Assembly: GCA_049303795.1 (NCBI GenBank)
Contig: JBAQNM010000005.1
Coordinates: forward strand, 286,381 to 350,380
DNA length: 64,000 nucleotides
Source of the DNA: Candidatus Moraniibacteriota bacterium
GTDB taxonomy: Bacteria > Patescibacteriota > Minisyncoccia > Moranbacterales > UBA2206
Reading direction: 5' to 3'
The notes under the pieces are model-generated. The model did no database searches. It was not told the DNA's origin and worked only from the letters and a program-made list of their open reading frames with translations. Positions 49,138 through 58,921 of the stretch are shown here, piece after piece (position 1 is the stretch's first letter; each line of letters starts with the position of its first letter). The position numbers and the translations under genes are program-made.

Positions 49138-52100
49138 TTTTCATTTTGAATTTTTTGAATGCAAAATATCCAAAAACTCCAATCGGAATTAACAGCAAAA
49201 ATATTATCAGCAAGACTTTTAAGGCGTCTCTTCTATCGCTTAACATATTTTGGACTGCTTTTGATAGTTGCCTGAACGAACCATTATCAATTGTAACGAC
49301 TTGCGCTGCTGATCTTCCATAAACTTCCGGTGAATACATCAGCTCTGCTCTGGCTGGTGGAACTGAAAAAGTTCCTTCACTGATAACCTTAGCCTCATAC
49401 GCATAAGTGTTCTCCCCTCCTTTAATATAATAAGTCGTCAAAATCATCCCATTTTTAGTAGTTTCTTGATTATAATGATAGTAGTTGAAATTAGAGTCCT
49501 TACCATCATCAAACTGCTGATTTTTCAAGTTCTTATTAATTGGCACCATTCCCGAAGGAAGCTCATCTTGAATAACAGCATACTCTCTTTCTCCTGTTAA
49601 TCCCGAAACGGTCAACACAACTCGTACGGTATCACCAACATGCAAATTCTGACCAGGATTGGTTAGATTTTCATATTCTCGTCTGATACTAAGTCCGGCA
49701 TTTACGGCTGGCGCTTTTTTATCTGTATGAAACTCCTCAATTACTAATGTAGAATAAACTTCACCATCTCCAACCTTCTTTACAGTGAGTACTGAACCAT
49801 TTGTTTGAATTTTTGAAACCGGAATTGAAATTTGATCTAACTGACTAAACTTTGAAATTATCCCTTTTTGAATTTCCGTCCCATCCAAGATCACTGAGTA
49901 ATTATATTGAGGATTGAGACTAGCATTTGATTTAGAATAATCAACCACCGCTCGAATAATATTAGCTGTCGCGAAAGTATTAGACCAATAATTACTCCTT
50001 CTGTGTTTTGTTAGAAACCTAATTCCTCTAACAGCCAAATCACGATTCTGATCAGCCATAACAATTGCTCGCACAGCTAAAGCAGTTGAAGCATCATCTG
50101 AACCAAAATAATATTTGACTCCGGTTGGCCAGAACAAACTATCCCCTTCGGATTTCGCCATTGCCAATAATTCACTGAGTCCATTGTTTTTTGGATCGGT
50201 GTAGCCATTGCGAATATTTGCCATCACTGTTAATGCCAGTATATCCGAAGTTATATTATTGAAATTATCAAGCTTAGTTTTTCCCTTTTCGCTATTTGAA
50301 TCCAGAATTGATAGAGCGTAAACTTTAGCAACTTTTTCATCACGCTCAGCCACTAAGCGATCGCGTCTTTTTTTGAAGCCATAATCATAATCATCAAAAT
50401 CCTTTTCCAAGAAATTTTTTGTTCTATCTAGCATCGCCTCGTCAATCACAAATCCTAAATTCTTAGCTTCAACCAGATATTCAACTACATAAGCGGTAAT
50501 AAATGGATCTGAGTTGCTTCCATACCAGCCCCAACCACCATCATCTCCTTGAAGGCTAACTAAGCGCTCAATGCCTTTATTGATAATGTCATCGATATTT
50601 TTATCAGCAATTGAGCTGCTAAATATGTCCGCGTTTTTCTTAGCGATAACTGCTGGCACAAAACGACTTGTTGTTTGCTCCACACAACCATAGGGATATT
50701 TAACCAAATATTTCATTGCTTCAGGCAATGTTCCGATTAATGTTGGTGCGATTGAGAAATTGACTGTTGTTTTTTCAATATCAATATCTTTTGATAGCTT
50801 CAGATTATAAATTTTATTCTCATCATCTCCAACATCAATAGTACTCTCCCAAAATCCAAATTTCTTAATTGGAATTTCTTTGGTTATGATATCAGAAAGA
50901 TTTTTATCATCGGATATGGCTGAAAAAGTTATTTTAGCAGCTTCATTCTCCGCTTGTGGATCAACTTTCCAAAAAACCTGTTTTTCAGCATTGGCCTCAA
51001 TTCCTATTTCTTGTTCTGGAGAATCTACTTTCGCTCCATCCATTTTCAAACTGGCAGTAAAATCCAATTTTTTATCCGTGAAATTATGCACAAGCGCTGA
51101 TAGGGTTATCGAGTCATCCACCCTTAAAATATTAGGTAATATTGGACGAACAATAACGTCTTTTGAAACTAGAATCTCATTCTGCCCTTCGCCAACTCGA
51201 GTATCTTTTGTAGCTGAAATGCCAGCGACAACCCATGTAGTTAGATTATCTGGTAACTTAAAAGTTAATTGTGCCGTGCCATTGGCATTAGTTTTCACAC
51301 TTGGATTCCAGTAGGCCGTATCTTTAAAAATTGATCTGCCACCTCCATCGCCTCCACCACCACCTTTTTCCGCTCCCTCAGAAATAACTCCCATCAAAGA
51401 ATGATTCTTATTGGTACCATCATATCTTTCAAACCAAAAACGTTTAAATATTCCCGTGGCTTTATTATCTGCCAATTCAAAAATAGCCTTATCAACAACC
51501 CAAACCGCTGTTTCGGCTGAAACGGGTTTACCTGACATAGTTGAAGTTTTCACAGTTACTGTTACTTCCTCACCTGGATTATATTTATTTTTATCCAAAG
51601 CAAAGGAAACATTTATCCTTTTTCCCTCCGCTGAAACTTTCAATTTAACACTATCCGCATCTAGATTTTCATCGGAAAAAGAAGAAACATCCGCAAAAAT
51701 ATTAGGAACATCAGTATCAACTAACGGCATGTCTATTTTTACTGAATTTCCCTTTAAGCGAACCACTTGATAACGGTTAACCCTACCTCTGTCAATAGAA
51801 AGCAACACATCTCGATCTGGTATATTAGAGGAAATTGTTAGTTTAGCTGTCTCACCTGGATCATATTGGCTTTTATCGCTTTGAATTTTCAACCCACTAT
51901 TTTCATTTCCACCCGACCAATAAAATCCACTCTTATCAGAAACCCAGGCATAGAAATTCTTCTTAATAATGTTTCCTTTATCATCCGTTCCCACAACTTC
52001 AATATCATATGAACCTTCTTTGGTCGCTTTAAATTGAATACTTGCTTTACCCTGGGCATCAGTTTTGACAGTAATAGGCTCCAAATCTTCATTTTCTTCA

Positions 52101-53911
52101 ACATATTTAGGATATTTTTTTCCAGGAACGATCACTTCTTTCCAAGTCGTTCGCTTAATCTTTCCCTTCAATTCAATATTGGAAATTTTTGACTGATTAT
52201 GAGGAATCAAAATCAGGCCAAGAGAAACTTGATCGCCAACGCTATAGCCATAATAATAATTAGCATCGTTGCGTAAAATTGAATATTTTCCGGCATTCAC
52301 CAAGACATTCTTGCTATCAAAAACAGGGATACCAGATTCATCGGAAAATTCCGTTTCAATTGTAAAAATACGTTCTCCAAATTTTTCTCCATCTTGAGAA
52401 GTTAAATCTCCTCCTATTTTAACCTCAACCAATCCATTTTCATCCAAAATCGCCTCTCCTTCGCTAATTGGATTTCCTCCATACCAATTCCTATAACGAT
52501 AATTATCAACATTTTTATAATTCTCATAATCAGAATAATAATCATAATAATAGAAATCTGAGGAATAAATTTTATAGGAAACTGATTTATTGGCTAGCGG
52601 CTGACCAGAAAAATAATTACCAGCAATTTTAAACGTCAGCTCATCACCAGAAATTATTTCATCCGTATTTGAATCTAAACTAACCTCATACTCCGGCTTT
52701 TGATAATATTCCACATTAAAACTGGTTGAATCGCTATACCAACTAAATTCCTCCTCTCCAGCCTCTTTATTAACAATTTTTACGCCCAAATAATACATCC
52801 CCGTTTTAGCATCGCTTGGCAAAATAAAATCTCCTGAAATAGTTCCATCGTCAGAAATTAAATACTTTTGAGAAAAAACTTTCTCTGCATTATCATCTCC
52901 TAGGTAATCACCATTTGAAACATCAATCTGGACTTCTCCTTTTGGAATACTATAACGGACATCGTCCTCATTGCGAATAATAGCTTTAAAGTTAATCTTA
53001 TCTCCTGGTTGATATATTGGCCGGTCAGTAAAAACAAAATAATAATGATTAATCGTTTTTGGAGCAAAAACAGCATAAGGATAATAATTAACATACCGCA
53101 TATTTATAGGAATAATTGCCAATTCGCCATCTTTTTCCAGAAAAGCCACATCGGCCTCTTCTGCAATTTTTGTTTTGGCAATTCCTTCATCATTTGTCAC
53201 TGCTGAATCCACAACACTCTTTTTATTCAAAAAACTAGCAACTTCAATTTGAACTCCGGAAAGCTTCTTCTTATTATTAAAATCCTGCGCCCAGAAGATC
53301 ATCTCATCATTTCCATTTTTGACAGTCGCCCCAAAACTAGATCTAACAACAAAAGCTTTTCGATCTGTTCCATCAGCCGCAACTCGTATCAGCCAAATTC
53401 CAGAGGATGCATCTGGAATAGTTATTCGAATACTTCCTCCATTCATATTTTGATCAAAAGAAGATGCTAAATACATATCTTTTGTATCAACGTCTGCATT
53501 TAACTGATTGCCGTCTTTGTTGTGCAAAAGATAATTAATCAAATCATCTTTGCTTGCTTTATAAATTTCAATTTTTGCAGTATCACTTTTATAATCAAAA
53601 ATACTAGCATTTACAATAGGATCTTCATTTGTAGTTTGAGAGATAATCCCCCCACTTCCATACCCACCTTTATCATTGGAAATGCTAATATTTGTTTCTC
53701 GTATTTTTTTTTCCACTCCTAAAACATTATTGTCTTCTTTGGCAATCTCTTTTTTCTGAGAAGTTTCCATAGACAAATGCCTCGAGGTTCTTGCATTCTT
53801 TCCAACATTCTTAATACTACTAAATTGGTTTTTATTTATAGAAATAAAAAAACCGCTAAAAATTAAAGCAGCCCCTAGAAAAAACCCGATCGCAATTTTC
53901 TTTTTGTCCAT
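49127..53911 (-). CDS. Alpha-2-macroglobulin-family thioester-containing giant protein (1594 aa) with N-terminal signal anchor and C-terminal TM
   Basis: YPYGCVEQTTSR thioester-type motif (C-x-E-Q; codons near 50677-50691), downstream LQGDDGGWGWYG alpha/alpha-toroid (TED-like) repeat, size and beta-rich repeat-domain composition typical of bacterial A2Ms. The C-terminal hydrophobic helix plus KKFKMKNGN tail suggests a second anchor. Confidence 0.6.
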   Translation of the reverse strand: MDKKKIAIGFFLGAALIFSGFFISINKNQFSSIKNVGKNARTSRHLSMETSQKKEIAKEDNNVLGVEKKIRETNISISNDKGGYGSGGIISQTTNEDPIVNASIFDYKSDTAKIEIYKASKDDLINYLLHNKDGNQLNADVDTKDMYLASSFDQNMNGGSIRITIPDASSGIWLIRVAADGTDRKAFVVRSSFGATVKNGNDEMIFWAQDFNNKKKLSGVQIEVASFLNKKSVVDSAVTNDEGIAKTKIAEEADVAFLEKDGELAIIPINMRYVNYYPYAVFAPKTINHYYFVFTDRPIYQPGDKINFKAIIRNEDDVRYSIPKGEVQIDVSNGDYLGDDNAEKVFSQKYLISDDGTISGDFILPSDAKTGMYYLGVKIVNKEAGEEEFSWYSDSTSFNVEYYQKPEYEVSLDSNTDEIISGDELTFKIAGNYFSGQPLANKSVSYKIYSSDFYYYDYYSDYENYKNVDNYRYRNWYGGNPISEGEAILDENGLVEVKIGGDLTSQDGEKFGERIFTIETEFSDESGIPVFDSKNVLVNAGKYSILRNDANYYYGYSVGDQVSLGLILIPHNQSKISNIELKGKIKRTTWKEVIVPGKKYPKYVEENEDLEPITVKTDAQGKASIQFKATKEGSYDIEVVGTDDKGNIIKKNFYAWVSDKSGFYWSGGNENSGLKIQSDKSQYDPGETAKLTISSNIPDRDVLLSIDRGRVNRYQVVRLKGNSVKIDMPLVDTDVPNIFADVSSFSDENLDADSVKLKVSAEGKRINVSFALDKNKYNPGEEVTVTVKTSTMSGKPVSAETAVWVVDKAIFELADNKATGIFKRFWFERYDGTNKNHSLMGVISEGAEKGGGGGDGGGRSIFKDTAYWNPSVKTNANGTAQLTFKLPDNLTTWVVAGISATKDTRVGEGQNEILVSKDVIVRPILPNILRVDDSITLSALVHNFTDKKLDFTASLKMDGAKVDSPEQEIGIEANAEKQVFWKVDPQAENEAAKITFSAISDDKNLSDIITKEIPIKKFGFWESTIDVGDDENKIYNLKLSKDIDIEKTTVNFSIAPTLIGTLPEAMKYLVKYPYGCVEQTTSRFVPAVIAKKNADIFSSSIADKNIDDIINKGIERLVSLQGDDGGWGWYGSNSDPFITAYVVEYLVEAKNLGFVIDEAMLDRTKNFLEKDFDDYDYGFKKRRDRLVAERDEKVAKVYALSILDSNSEKGKTKLDNFNNITSDILALTVMANIRNGYTDPKNNGLSELLAMAKSEGDSLFWPTGVKYYFGSDDASTALAVRAIVMADQNRDLAVRGIRFLTKHRRSNYWSNTFATANIIRAVVDYSKSNASLNPQYNYSVILDGTEIQKGIISKFSQLDQISIPVSKIQTNGSVLTVKKVGDGEVYSTLVIEEFHTDKKAPAVNAGLSIRREYENLTNPGQNLHVGDTVRVVLTVSGLTGEREYAVIQDELPSGMVPINKNLKNQQFDDGKDSNFNYYHYNQETTKNGMILTTYYIKGGENTYAYEAKVISEGTFSVPPARAELMYSPEVYGRSAAQVVTIDNGSFRQLSKAVQNMLSDRRDALKVLLIIFLLLIPIGVFGYFAFKKFKMKNGN

Positions 53912-54288
53912 AATTATTATTTATTTTTTTAATTTTTTCTCACTTATTTAACTTACTAAAATAATACCACATTTTTAGCAAATAACAACTCGCAAATAAA
54001 ATTCAATTCGATTTCAAAAATTACTTTTTTGGGAGTTTTTCTTTTTTTTATTTTCGTAGTAAAATGATGATGTGTAATTACTAACTAACAAAAATACTTT
54101 CAATTCTATGAAACTTTTCTTAAAATTTTTCTTAATAATATTCACCTTATTCATTGCTCTTTTCTATGCAATCCAAAATAATTATCTCGATAAGCTATTC
54201 TAATTCTTAATTAATAAAACAGTTTTGAAAAAGTAGAGAATAAAATAGGCCAGCTGAAGATAGCTGCTTTTTATTTAAACTGCGCTGC

Positions 54289-54298
54289 TTGTGTTATA
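54289..54298 (+). promoter_or_regulatory. Extended -10 promoter element (TGTTATAAT) for the GT-C operon
   Basis: gtgttataat about 38 nt upstream of ATG 54336; preceded by a small hairpin cagctgaagatagctg plus T-run (54251-54275). Confidence 0.35.
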
Positions 54299-54335
54299 AT
54301 AAAAAATACTAATAATCTGTTTTATAATGAAATAA

Positions 54336-56066
54336 ATGAGTACTATATTTTTATTTAGAGGAAAAAAATCGAACTTTCTTAAAAAATTAGTTCAAATCAG
54401 AAATTCAAAAGTACTCGCTCCTTATTTTAATTATATTGAAAAAAAATGGAACAGTCTCAATAATTTTAAAAAAGGCTCGCTGTTGATTATGCTAACCTGG
54501 GGTGGCTTCTTTGCCTTCATTTTTCCGAGAATGCTTTTTCGAAATGAATTGGGCATCTATGCAGGTTGGGTCAATGTTTGGGGTGATTGGTCAGCTCACT
54601 TCGCCTACGCTATGCCTTTCGCCTATCGCCCAATTGGAGAATGGTTTTCTTCCTTTCCCCTTTTGATCAATCATCCTTTTAGTTATTCCTTTTTAGCGGA
54701 TGGTATCACAGGGCTAATGATTCGTTTTGGTTTTTCAGAAATAACTGCTTTTTGGTTCTCCTCATTAATATTCACCCTTTTAATGCTCTGGATAATTTAT
54801 AAGTTTTTTTATTTCTATTTCAAATCAGTCAAATCTTCTTTTCTGGCAATCACACTATTTTTAATGGGTGGCGGCTGGGGTTTTGTTTTCTTCCTAGAAG
54901 ATCTTAAGAAAGGTCTGGCAAATTGGAGTTTTTTTCCCAGAGAATATACTCATATCGAAGTTGAAGGAATTCGCTGGATTAATGTCATTACCTCTGAAAT
55001 TATCCCGCAAAGAAGTTTCGCGCTAGGCTTAGCCCTGACCCTTTTTATTTTATTTCAATGGAGTCTTTGGAAAAAAATAAAATTCAAAAACGTCTCCCCT
55101 ATTAAAATTTTTGGCCTAGGCATAGTTTCTGGTTTCATGCCAATCGTTCATGCGCATTCTCTTTTTGCTCTTTTTATTTGCGGAGTCTCTTTCTTTTTAT
55201 ACGACTTACGCCATTGGAAAAAATGGATTCTGTTTGCACTTGGATCTGCCAGTTCATTCGCTCTGGTTTATTTCTTTTTTCGCTTTGGAAGTAACTCAGA
55301 AAGTTTTTTCAAATGGCATTTGGGCTGGCTCGCAAATGAAAAACCTTTTAATGGCAACATCTTAATGTTTTGGCTTTGGAATTGGGGACTTTTTATTCCT
55401 CTTTCTCTTTTGTCAATTTGGAAAACAAGATTCTATAAAGAGCCTTTATTTTTATCTGGTGTCACACTATTTATCCTATCAAACTTATTTCTTTTCCAGC
55501 CTTGGCCATGGGATAATTCTAAAATTCTAACCTATGCCTATCTTTTTTTCTGTCTACCAATTATCCTTTGGTTTAGTAAATTAATCAAAGAAAGAAAATC
55601 CGTTTCTGTTTTTATTTTTTCAATCCTATTTATTAGTCTAATTTTTTCAGGCGGATTAGATTTATATCGCCTAACTAAAACAGACAAGCTGCAATTTCAA
55701 ATGTGGAGCAATGATGATTTAAAATTAGTAGCTGATTTTAAAGCCATGTCTAAGCCCGGCGATATTGTTTTGACTTCCGACCGGCACAATCACCCCATAA
55801 CCACTCACACAGGCGCTCAAATTCTAATGGGATACCGCGGCTGGTTATGGACATATGGCATGGAATATGGAACAGTAGAAAAAGATGTTTTAGCAATGTA
55901 CCAAGGTGGCAAGCAAGCTCAAACACTCTTTGAAAAATACAACGTAAAATATGCTGTAATCGGTCTTTCTGAAAAGAAAAATTTTAACATAAATGAAAAA
56001 TTTTTTCTGGATAATTATCCGCTGATAATAAAATCAAGTGAATATAAAATTTTTAAACTTCAATAA
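54336..56066 (+). CDS. Polytopic GT-C-type membrane protein (possible short STT3/AglB-like or other GT-C glycosyltransferase)
   Basis: About 13 TM helices followed by a C-terminal soluble domain of about 130 aa containing ILMGYRGWLWTYGMEYG (WWDYG-like) near 55838-55862; assignment is speculative. Confidence 0.45.
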   Translation: MSTIFLFRGKKSNFLKKLVQIRNSKVLAPYFNYIEKKWNSLNNFKKGSLLIMLTWGGFFAFIFPRMLFRNELGIYAGWVNVWGDWSAHFAYAMPFAYRPIGEWFSSFPLLINHPFSYSFLADGITGLMIRFGFSEITAFWFSSLIFTLLMLWIIYKFFYFYFKSVKSSFLAITLFLMGGGWGFVFFLEDLKKGLANWSFFPREYTHIEVEGIRWINVITSEIIPQRSFALGLALTLFILFQWSLWKKIKFKNVSPIKIFGLGIVSGFMPIVHAHSLFALFICGVSFFLYDLRHWKKWILFALGSASSFALVYFFFRFGSNSESFFKWHLGWLANEKPFNGNILMFWLWNWGLFIPLSLLSIWKTRFYKEPLFLSGVTLFILSNLFLFQPWPWDNSKILTYAYLFFCLPIILWFSKLIKERKSVSVFIFSILFISLIFSGGLDLYRLTKTDKLQFQMWSNDDLKLVADFKAMSKPGDIVLTSDRHNHPITTHTGAQILMGYRGWLWTYGMEYGTVEKDVLAMYQGGKQAQTLFEKYNVKYAVIGLSEKKNFNINEKFFLDNYPLIIKSSEYKIFKLQ

Positions 56067-56083
56067 CTCTATTTTTAAAAAAT

Positions 56084-57466
56084 ATGAAAATTAAAAAAAC
56101 TTGGTATTTCCCACTAGTATTATTACTACTTGGACTAATTACTCACTTTTTTTTGTTAGGACAACCAAGAGAAGTAGTTTTTGATGAAGTTCATTTTGGC
56201 GGATTTGTCAGTAAATATTTCACAGGACAATACTTCTTTGACATTCATCCACCGCTGGGAAAATTAATAATCGCAACTGGAGCAAAAATAGGGGGCTATT
56301 CTGAATATATCGAAACAAATGGCCCGTTTGATTTTTCTAAAATCGGAAATCAATACAACAATCTGCCAGTTTTTTGGTTTCGCTTTTTTCCAGCCCTAGC
56401 TGGATCGCTTTTACCATTGATCGTTTTTCTTTTTCTCAGGGTAATTAAAATTAATGAGGGAGTCGCTTTTTTTGCCGGCATTCTAATTATCTTGGAAAAC
56501 TCTCTACTCACTCAATCTCGCTTTATTCTGCTTGATATTTTCATTTTATTTTTCGGATTTTTAGGGTTATACTTATTTTTTCTTGCCCGAGAAAAAAAAT
56601 ACCAACCACTGTTAGTTTTTCTAGCAGGAATTTCTCTTGCCGCCAGCTTCTCAGTCAAATGGACTGGCCTCACCTATCTAGCCATCGCATTAGGAATACT
56701 CGCCTGGGATTTTTTTGAAGAGCTCATAAGAAGAAAGACCCTACTTAGACTTTTCGGACTACTAAAAACAAAAGCGCATGAAACGTCAAATATATCTTTT
56801 GGAAAAATCTTTCTGTCTGTTTTTTCTTTGTTCTTTGCTGCAGCAATCGTATATATTAGCTGTTTCTACATTCACTTCGCACTTCTGGTAAAATTCACTC
56901 CCAACGATGTTCCAAATGGCAAACTACCTTTCACGGAAAAATTCATAGAATTGAATGAACAAATGTACTCTTCCAATTCTGGTCTTGTTGCTAAACATCC
57001 TGATGAATCCACTCCTGCTCAATGGATAACCCTCAAAAAACCAATACATTATTGGTTAGAATCAAAAAATAACCAAACATCTCAGGTAATTTTTTTTGGT
57101 AATCCTTTGGTTTGGCTTCTTGGAATTTTAGGCGTTTTATATTTCCCCGCTGTTTGGAAAAAAATAAAACTAAAAACAGAAATAAAATTATTTCTGCTCG
57201 TTGGTTTTTGGATTAATTTTATTCCTTTCCTATTTATTAAAAGACTGCTTTTTCTCTATCATTATCTAAGCGCATTAGTTTTTTCAATTATTCTTTTTTC
57301 TGTTCTGTTTTTCGTTTTGGAAGAAAAAAAGAGGATTTTCATTCCGCTTATATCTACACTAGCCTGTCTTATTTTGTTTAGCTTTCTGGTTTTTTCCAAC
57401 TTCACATATGGATTCCCCACCTCAAATAGTTGGCAAAACTCAATTACTCACTTTTTTATGTATTAA
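56084..57466 (+). CDS. PMT-family (GT39) dolichyl/polyprenyl-phosphate-mannose protein mannosyltransferase-like
   Basis: FDEVHFGGF and HPPLGK motifs in the first loop, as in the PMT/GT39 family; polytopic, 460 aa. Confidence 0.7.
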   Translation: MKIKKTWYFPLVLLLLGLITHFFLLGQPREVVFDEVHFGGFVSKYFTGQYFFDIHPPLGKLIIATGAKIGGYSEYIETNGPFDFSKIGNQYNNLPVFWFRFFPALAGSLLPLIVFLFLRVIKINEGVAFFAGILIILENSLLTQSRFILLDIFILFFGFLGLYLFFLAREKKYQPLLVFLAGISLAASFSVKWTGLTYLAIALGILAWDFFEELIRRKTLLRLFGLLKTKAHETSNISFGKIFLSVFSLFFAAAIVYISCFYIHFALLVKFTPNDVPNGKLPFTEKFIELNEQMYSSNSGLVAKHPDESTPAQWITLKKPIHYWLESKNNQTSQVIFFGNPLVWLLGILGVLYFPAVWKKIKLKTEIKLFLLVGFWINFIPFLFIKRLLFLYHYLSALVFSIILFSVLFFVLEEKKRIFIPLISTLACLILFSFLVFSNFTYGFPTSNSWQNSITHFFMY

Positions 57467-58164
57467 TATTCACGAATCTTAATTCCGCCATCATCTATCG
57501 TAATATATGTGCAAGGAATATCTGTCCAACAGCCGCTATTATAATATTTAATATTATGCTTTTTATCTTCTTTTTGCATATCCTTATGTGTGTGTCCACA
57601 AAAAACAAATTCAGCCTTGTGTTTTTTTCCATATACAATTGCAGCTTTCGTAATTTTCTCGGATAACCTGAGCCAACCTTTGCTTGTCTTTTTAACATAA
57701 TGACTGAATTTTTTATCATCCGTATCAATTTTTTGGATGATATTGTAAACAATAGTGGCCAGCCTACTAAGCACTACGTTATCTATTAGAAATCTATCAA
57801 ATTGATGCCCATGAATGGCAAGATATTTTTTTTGTTTATAGATCCAGGTATATGTTTTTTTATATACTCTCGCTCCGAGCAGTGCACTAAATATCTCAGA
57901 AAGCCCTTTATCATGATTACCTTCCACCCAACGCACCTTCCTCTCTTTGGAAATTTTTCCAATATAGGTCAAAAGCTCCCATGATTCTTTGGATAAATTT
58001 CTGAAATCAAGATCGTCAAAAATATCACCAAGAAGGATTAATTTTCTAAAAGAATATTCCTGAAGCATTTTCAAAACTTTCAGAGGCTGACTAACTGGAG
58101 ACCCCAAATGAAGATCGGATATAATAATAGTGTGTGTTTTTTTTGGTGTTTTTTTAGCTTTCAA
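57463..58164 (-). CDS. Calcineurin-like metallophosphoesterase
   Basis: ISDLHLG...GDIFD...GNHD...GH..GHTH motif series; its stop codon overlaps the stop of the convergent GT39 gene. Confidence 0.7.
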   Translation of the reverse strand: MKAKKTPKKTHTIIISDLHLGSPVSQPLKVLKMLQEYSFRKLILLGDIFDDLDFRNLSKESWELLTYIGKISKERKVRWVEGNHDKGLSEIFSALLGARVYKKTYTWIYKQKKYLAIHGHQFDRFLIDNVVLSRLATIVYNIIQKIDTDDKKFSHYVKKTSKGWLRLSEKITKAAIVYGKKHKAEFVFCGHTHKDMQKEDKKHNIKYYNSGCWTDIPCTYITIDDGGIKIREY

Positions 58165-58245
58165 AATCTTTAAAAGATTAATGATTTCAATTATGTTTTA
58201 AGTATATTATGAATAGGCTTTTTTTTCAATGATTTTGAGGAAAAT

Positions 58246-58282
58246 AAAAAATGGTTGGACAACTCAACTGAGTCATCCAACC
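58246..58282 (-). terminator. Rho-independent terminator after the secreted His/Arg-rich protein gene
   Basis: ggttgga...tccaacc 7-bp stem with a 16-nt loop, followed on the minus strand by attttttatttt. Confidence 0.45.
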
Positions 58283-58308
58283 ACTAAAAACAATCTCGAT
58301 GGAAAAAT

Positions 58309-58722
58309 TTAACGCTGCTCGTAATATCCTTCATGAGCGGCATCTCTTCCATCTCGATAACCCTCCTGCTGCTGACGATAAATTTCTTGGCGGCGGATTC
58401 TTTCCCGTTCTTCCTGATAGGCACGATTGTATGCATCGCTATAAGGAGAACAGGGAGGCGTGCAGCGATATGCCGGTTGCGATGGCGTAACATATATCAC
58501 TCTGGGCGGCGGATCGATAATTCTATCCACCACATCATAGAGCAATAAACCACCGGCAACACCAATGATGGTGTTTGCAACTCTGCTGCCGTGGTGACTA
58601 CTGTGATGACTTCTGCCACGATACTCATTGTGTCCACCACGATGCCCACGTTCAGCAAACGCACTGTTTGCCAACAAAATACCAACCACCAAAATGCAAA
58701 GAACAGTCAATAATCTCTTCAT
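58309..58722 (-). CDS. Hypothetical secreted His/Arg/Tyr-rich protein
   Basis: Start at MKRLLTVLCILVVG (signal peptide) preceded by a GGAGG RBS; the mature part is rich in H, R, Y, Q and P. GC is elevated. Confidence 0.5.
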   Translation of the reverse strand: MKRLLTVLCILVVGILLANSAFAERGHRGGHNEYRGRSHHSSHHGSRVANTIIGVAGGLLLYDVVDRIIDPPPRVIYVTPSQPAYRCTPPCSPYSDAYNRAYQEERERIRRQEIYRQQQEGYRDGRDAAHEGYYEQR

Positions 58723-58885
58723 TTCTACTCCTCCTGATTTATGTTTAAATTCATGTTTTACTTTCTTTACTGACTTTGTATTATACACCTAAACGCATAA
58801 AAAGTCAAATGTATTTGCCTTTTTTAGGCTCCAATAAAGCAAAATAATCACAGATAATACGCTATTTTGCCTAAACTAAACACAA

Positions 58886-58915
58886 TTGACACTTTTTGGC
58901 ATTTTACGCTATAAT
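58886..58915 (+). promoter_or_regulatory. Consensus-like sigma70 promoter (TTGACA-18-TATAAT) positioned for a leaderless transcript
   Basis: ttgacactttttggcattttacgctataat with ATG at 58922, which is 7 nt after the -10 element. Confidence 0.5.
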
Positions 58916-58921
58916 TACACT

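Noticed and set aside
50880-53722. Several plus and minus ORFs (64-144 aa) inside the A2M-like gene
   Set aside because: They sit inside a 4.8-kb continuous minus-strand ORF with recognisable A2M motifs, so they are most likely antisense or frame artefacts.
53912-54335. Possible replication origin at the strand-switch (A2M minus / GT-C plus), AT-rich 424-bp spacer
   Set aside because: No DnaA-box-like TTATCCACA motifs or dnaA/dnaN genes are visible. A divergent promoter region is sufficient explanation.
58284-58685. Overlapping ORFs on both strands around the His/Arg-rich secreted protein gene
   Set aside because: Only the frame with a signal peptide and GGAGG RBS (58309-58722, minus) is supported.
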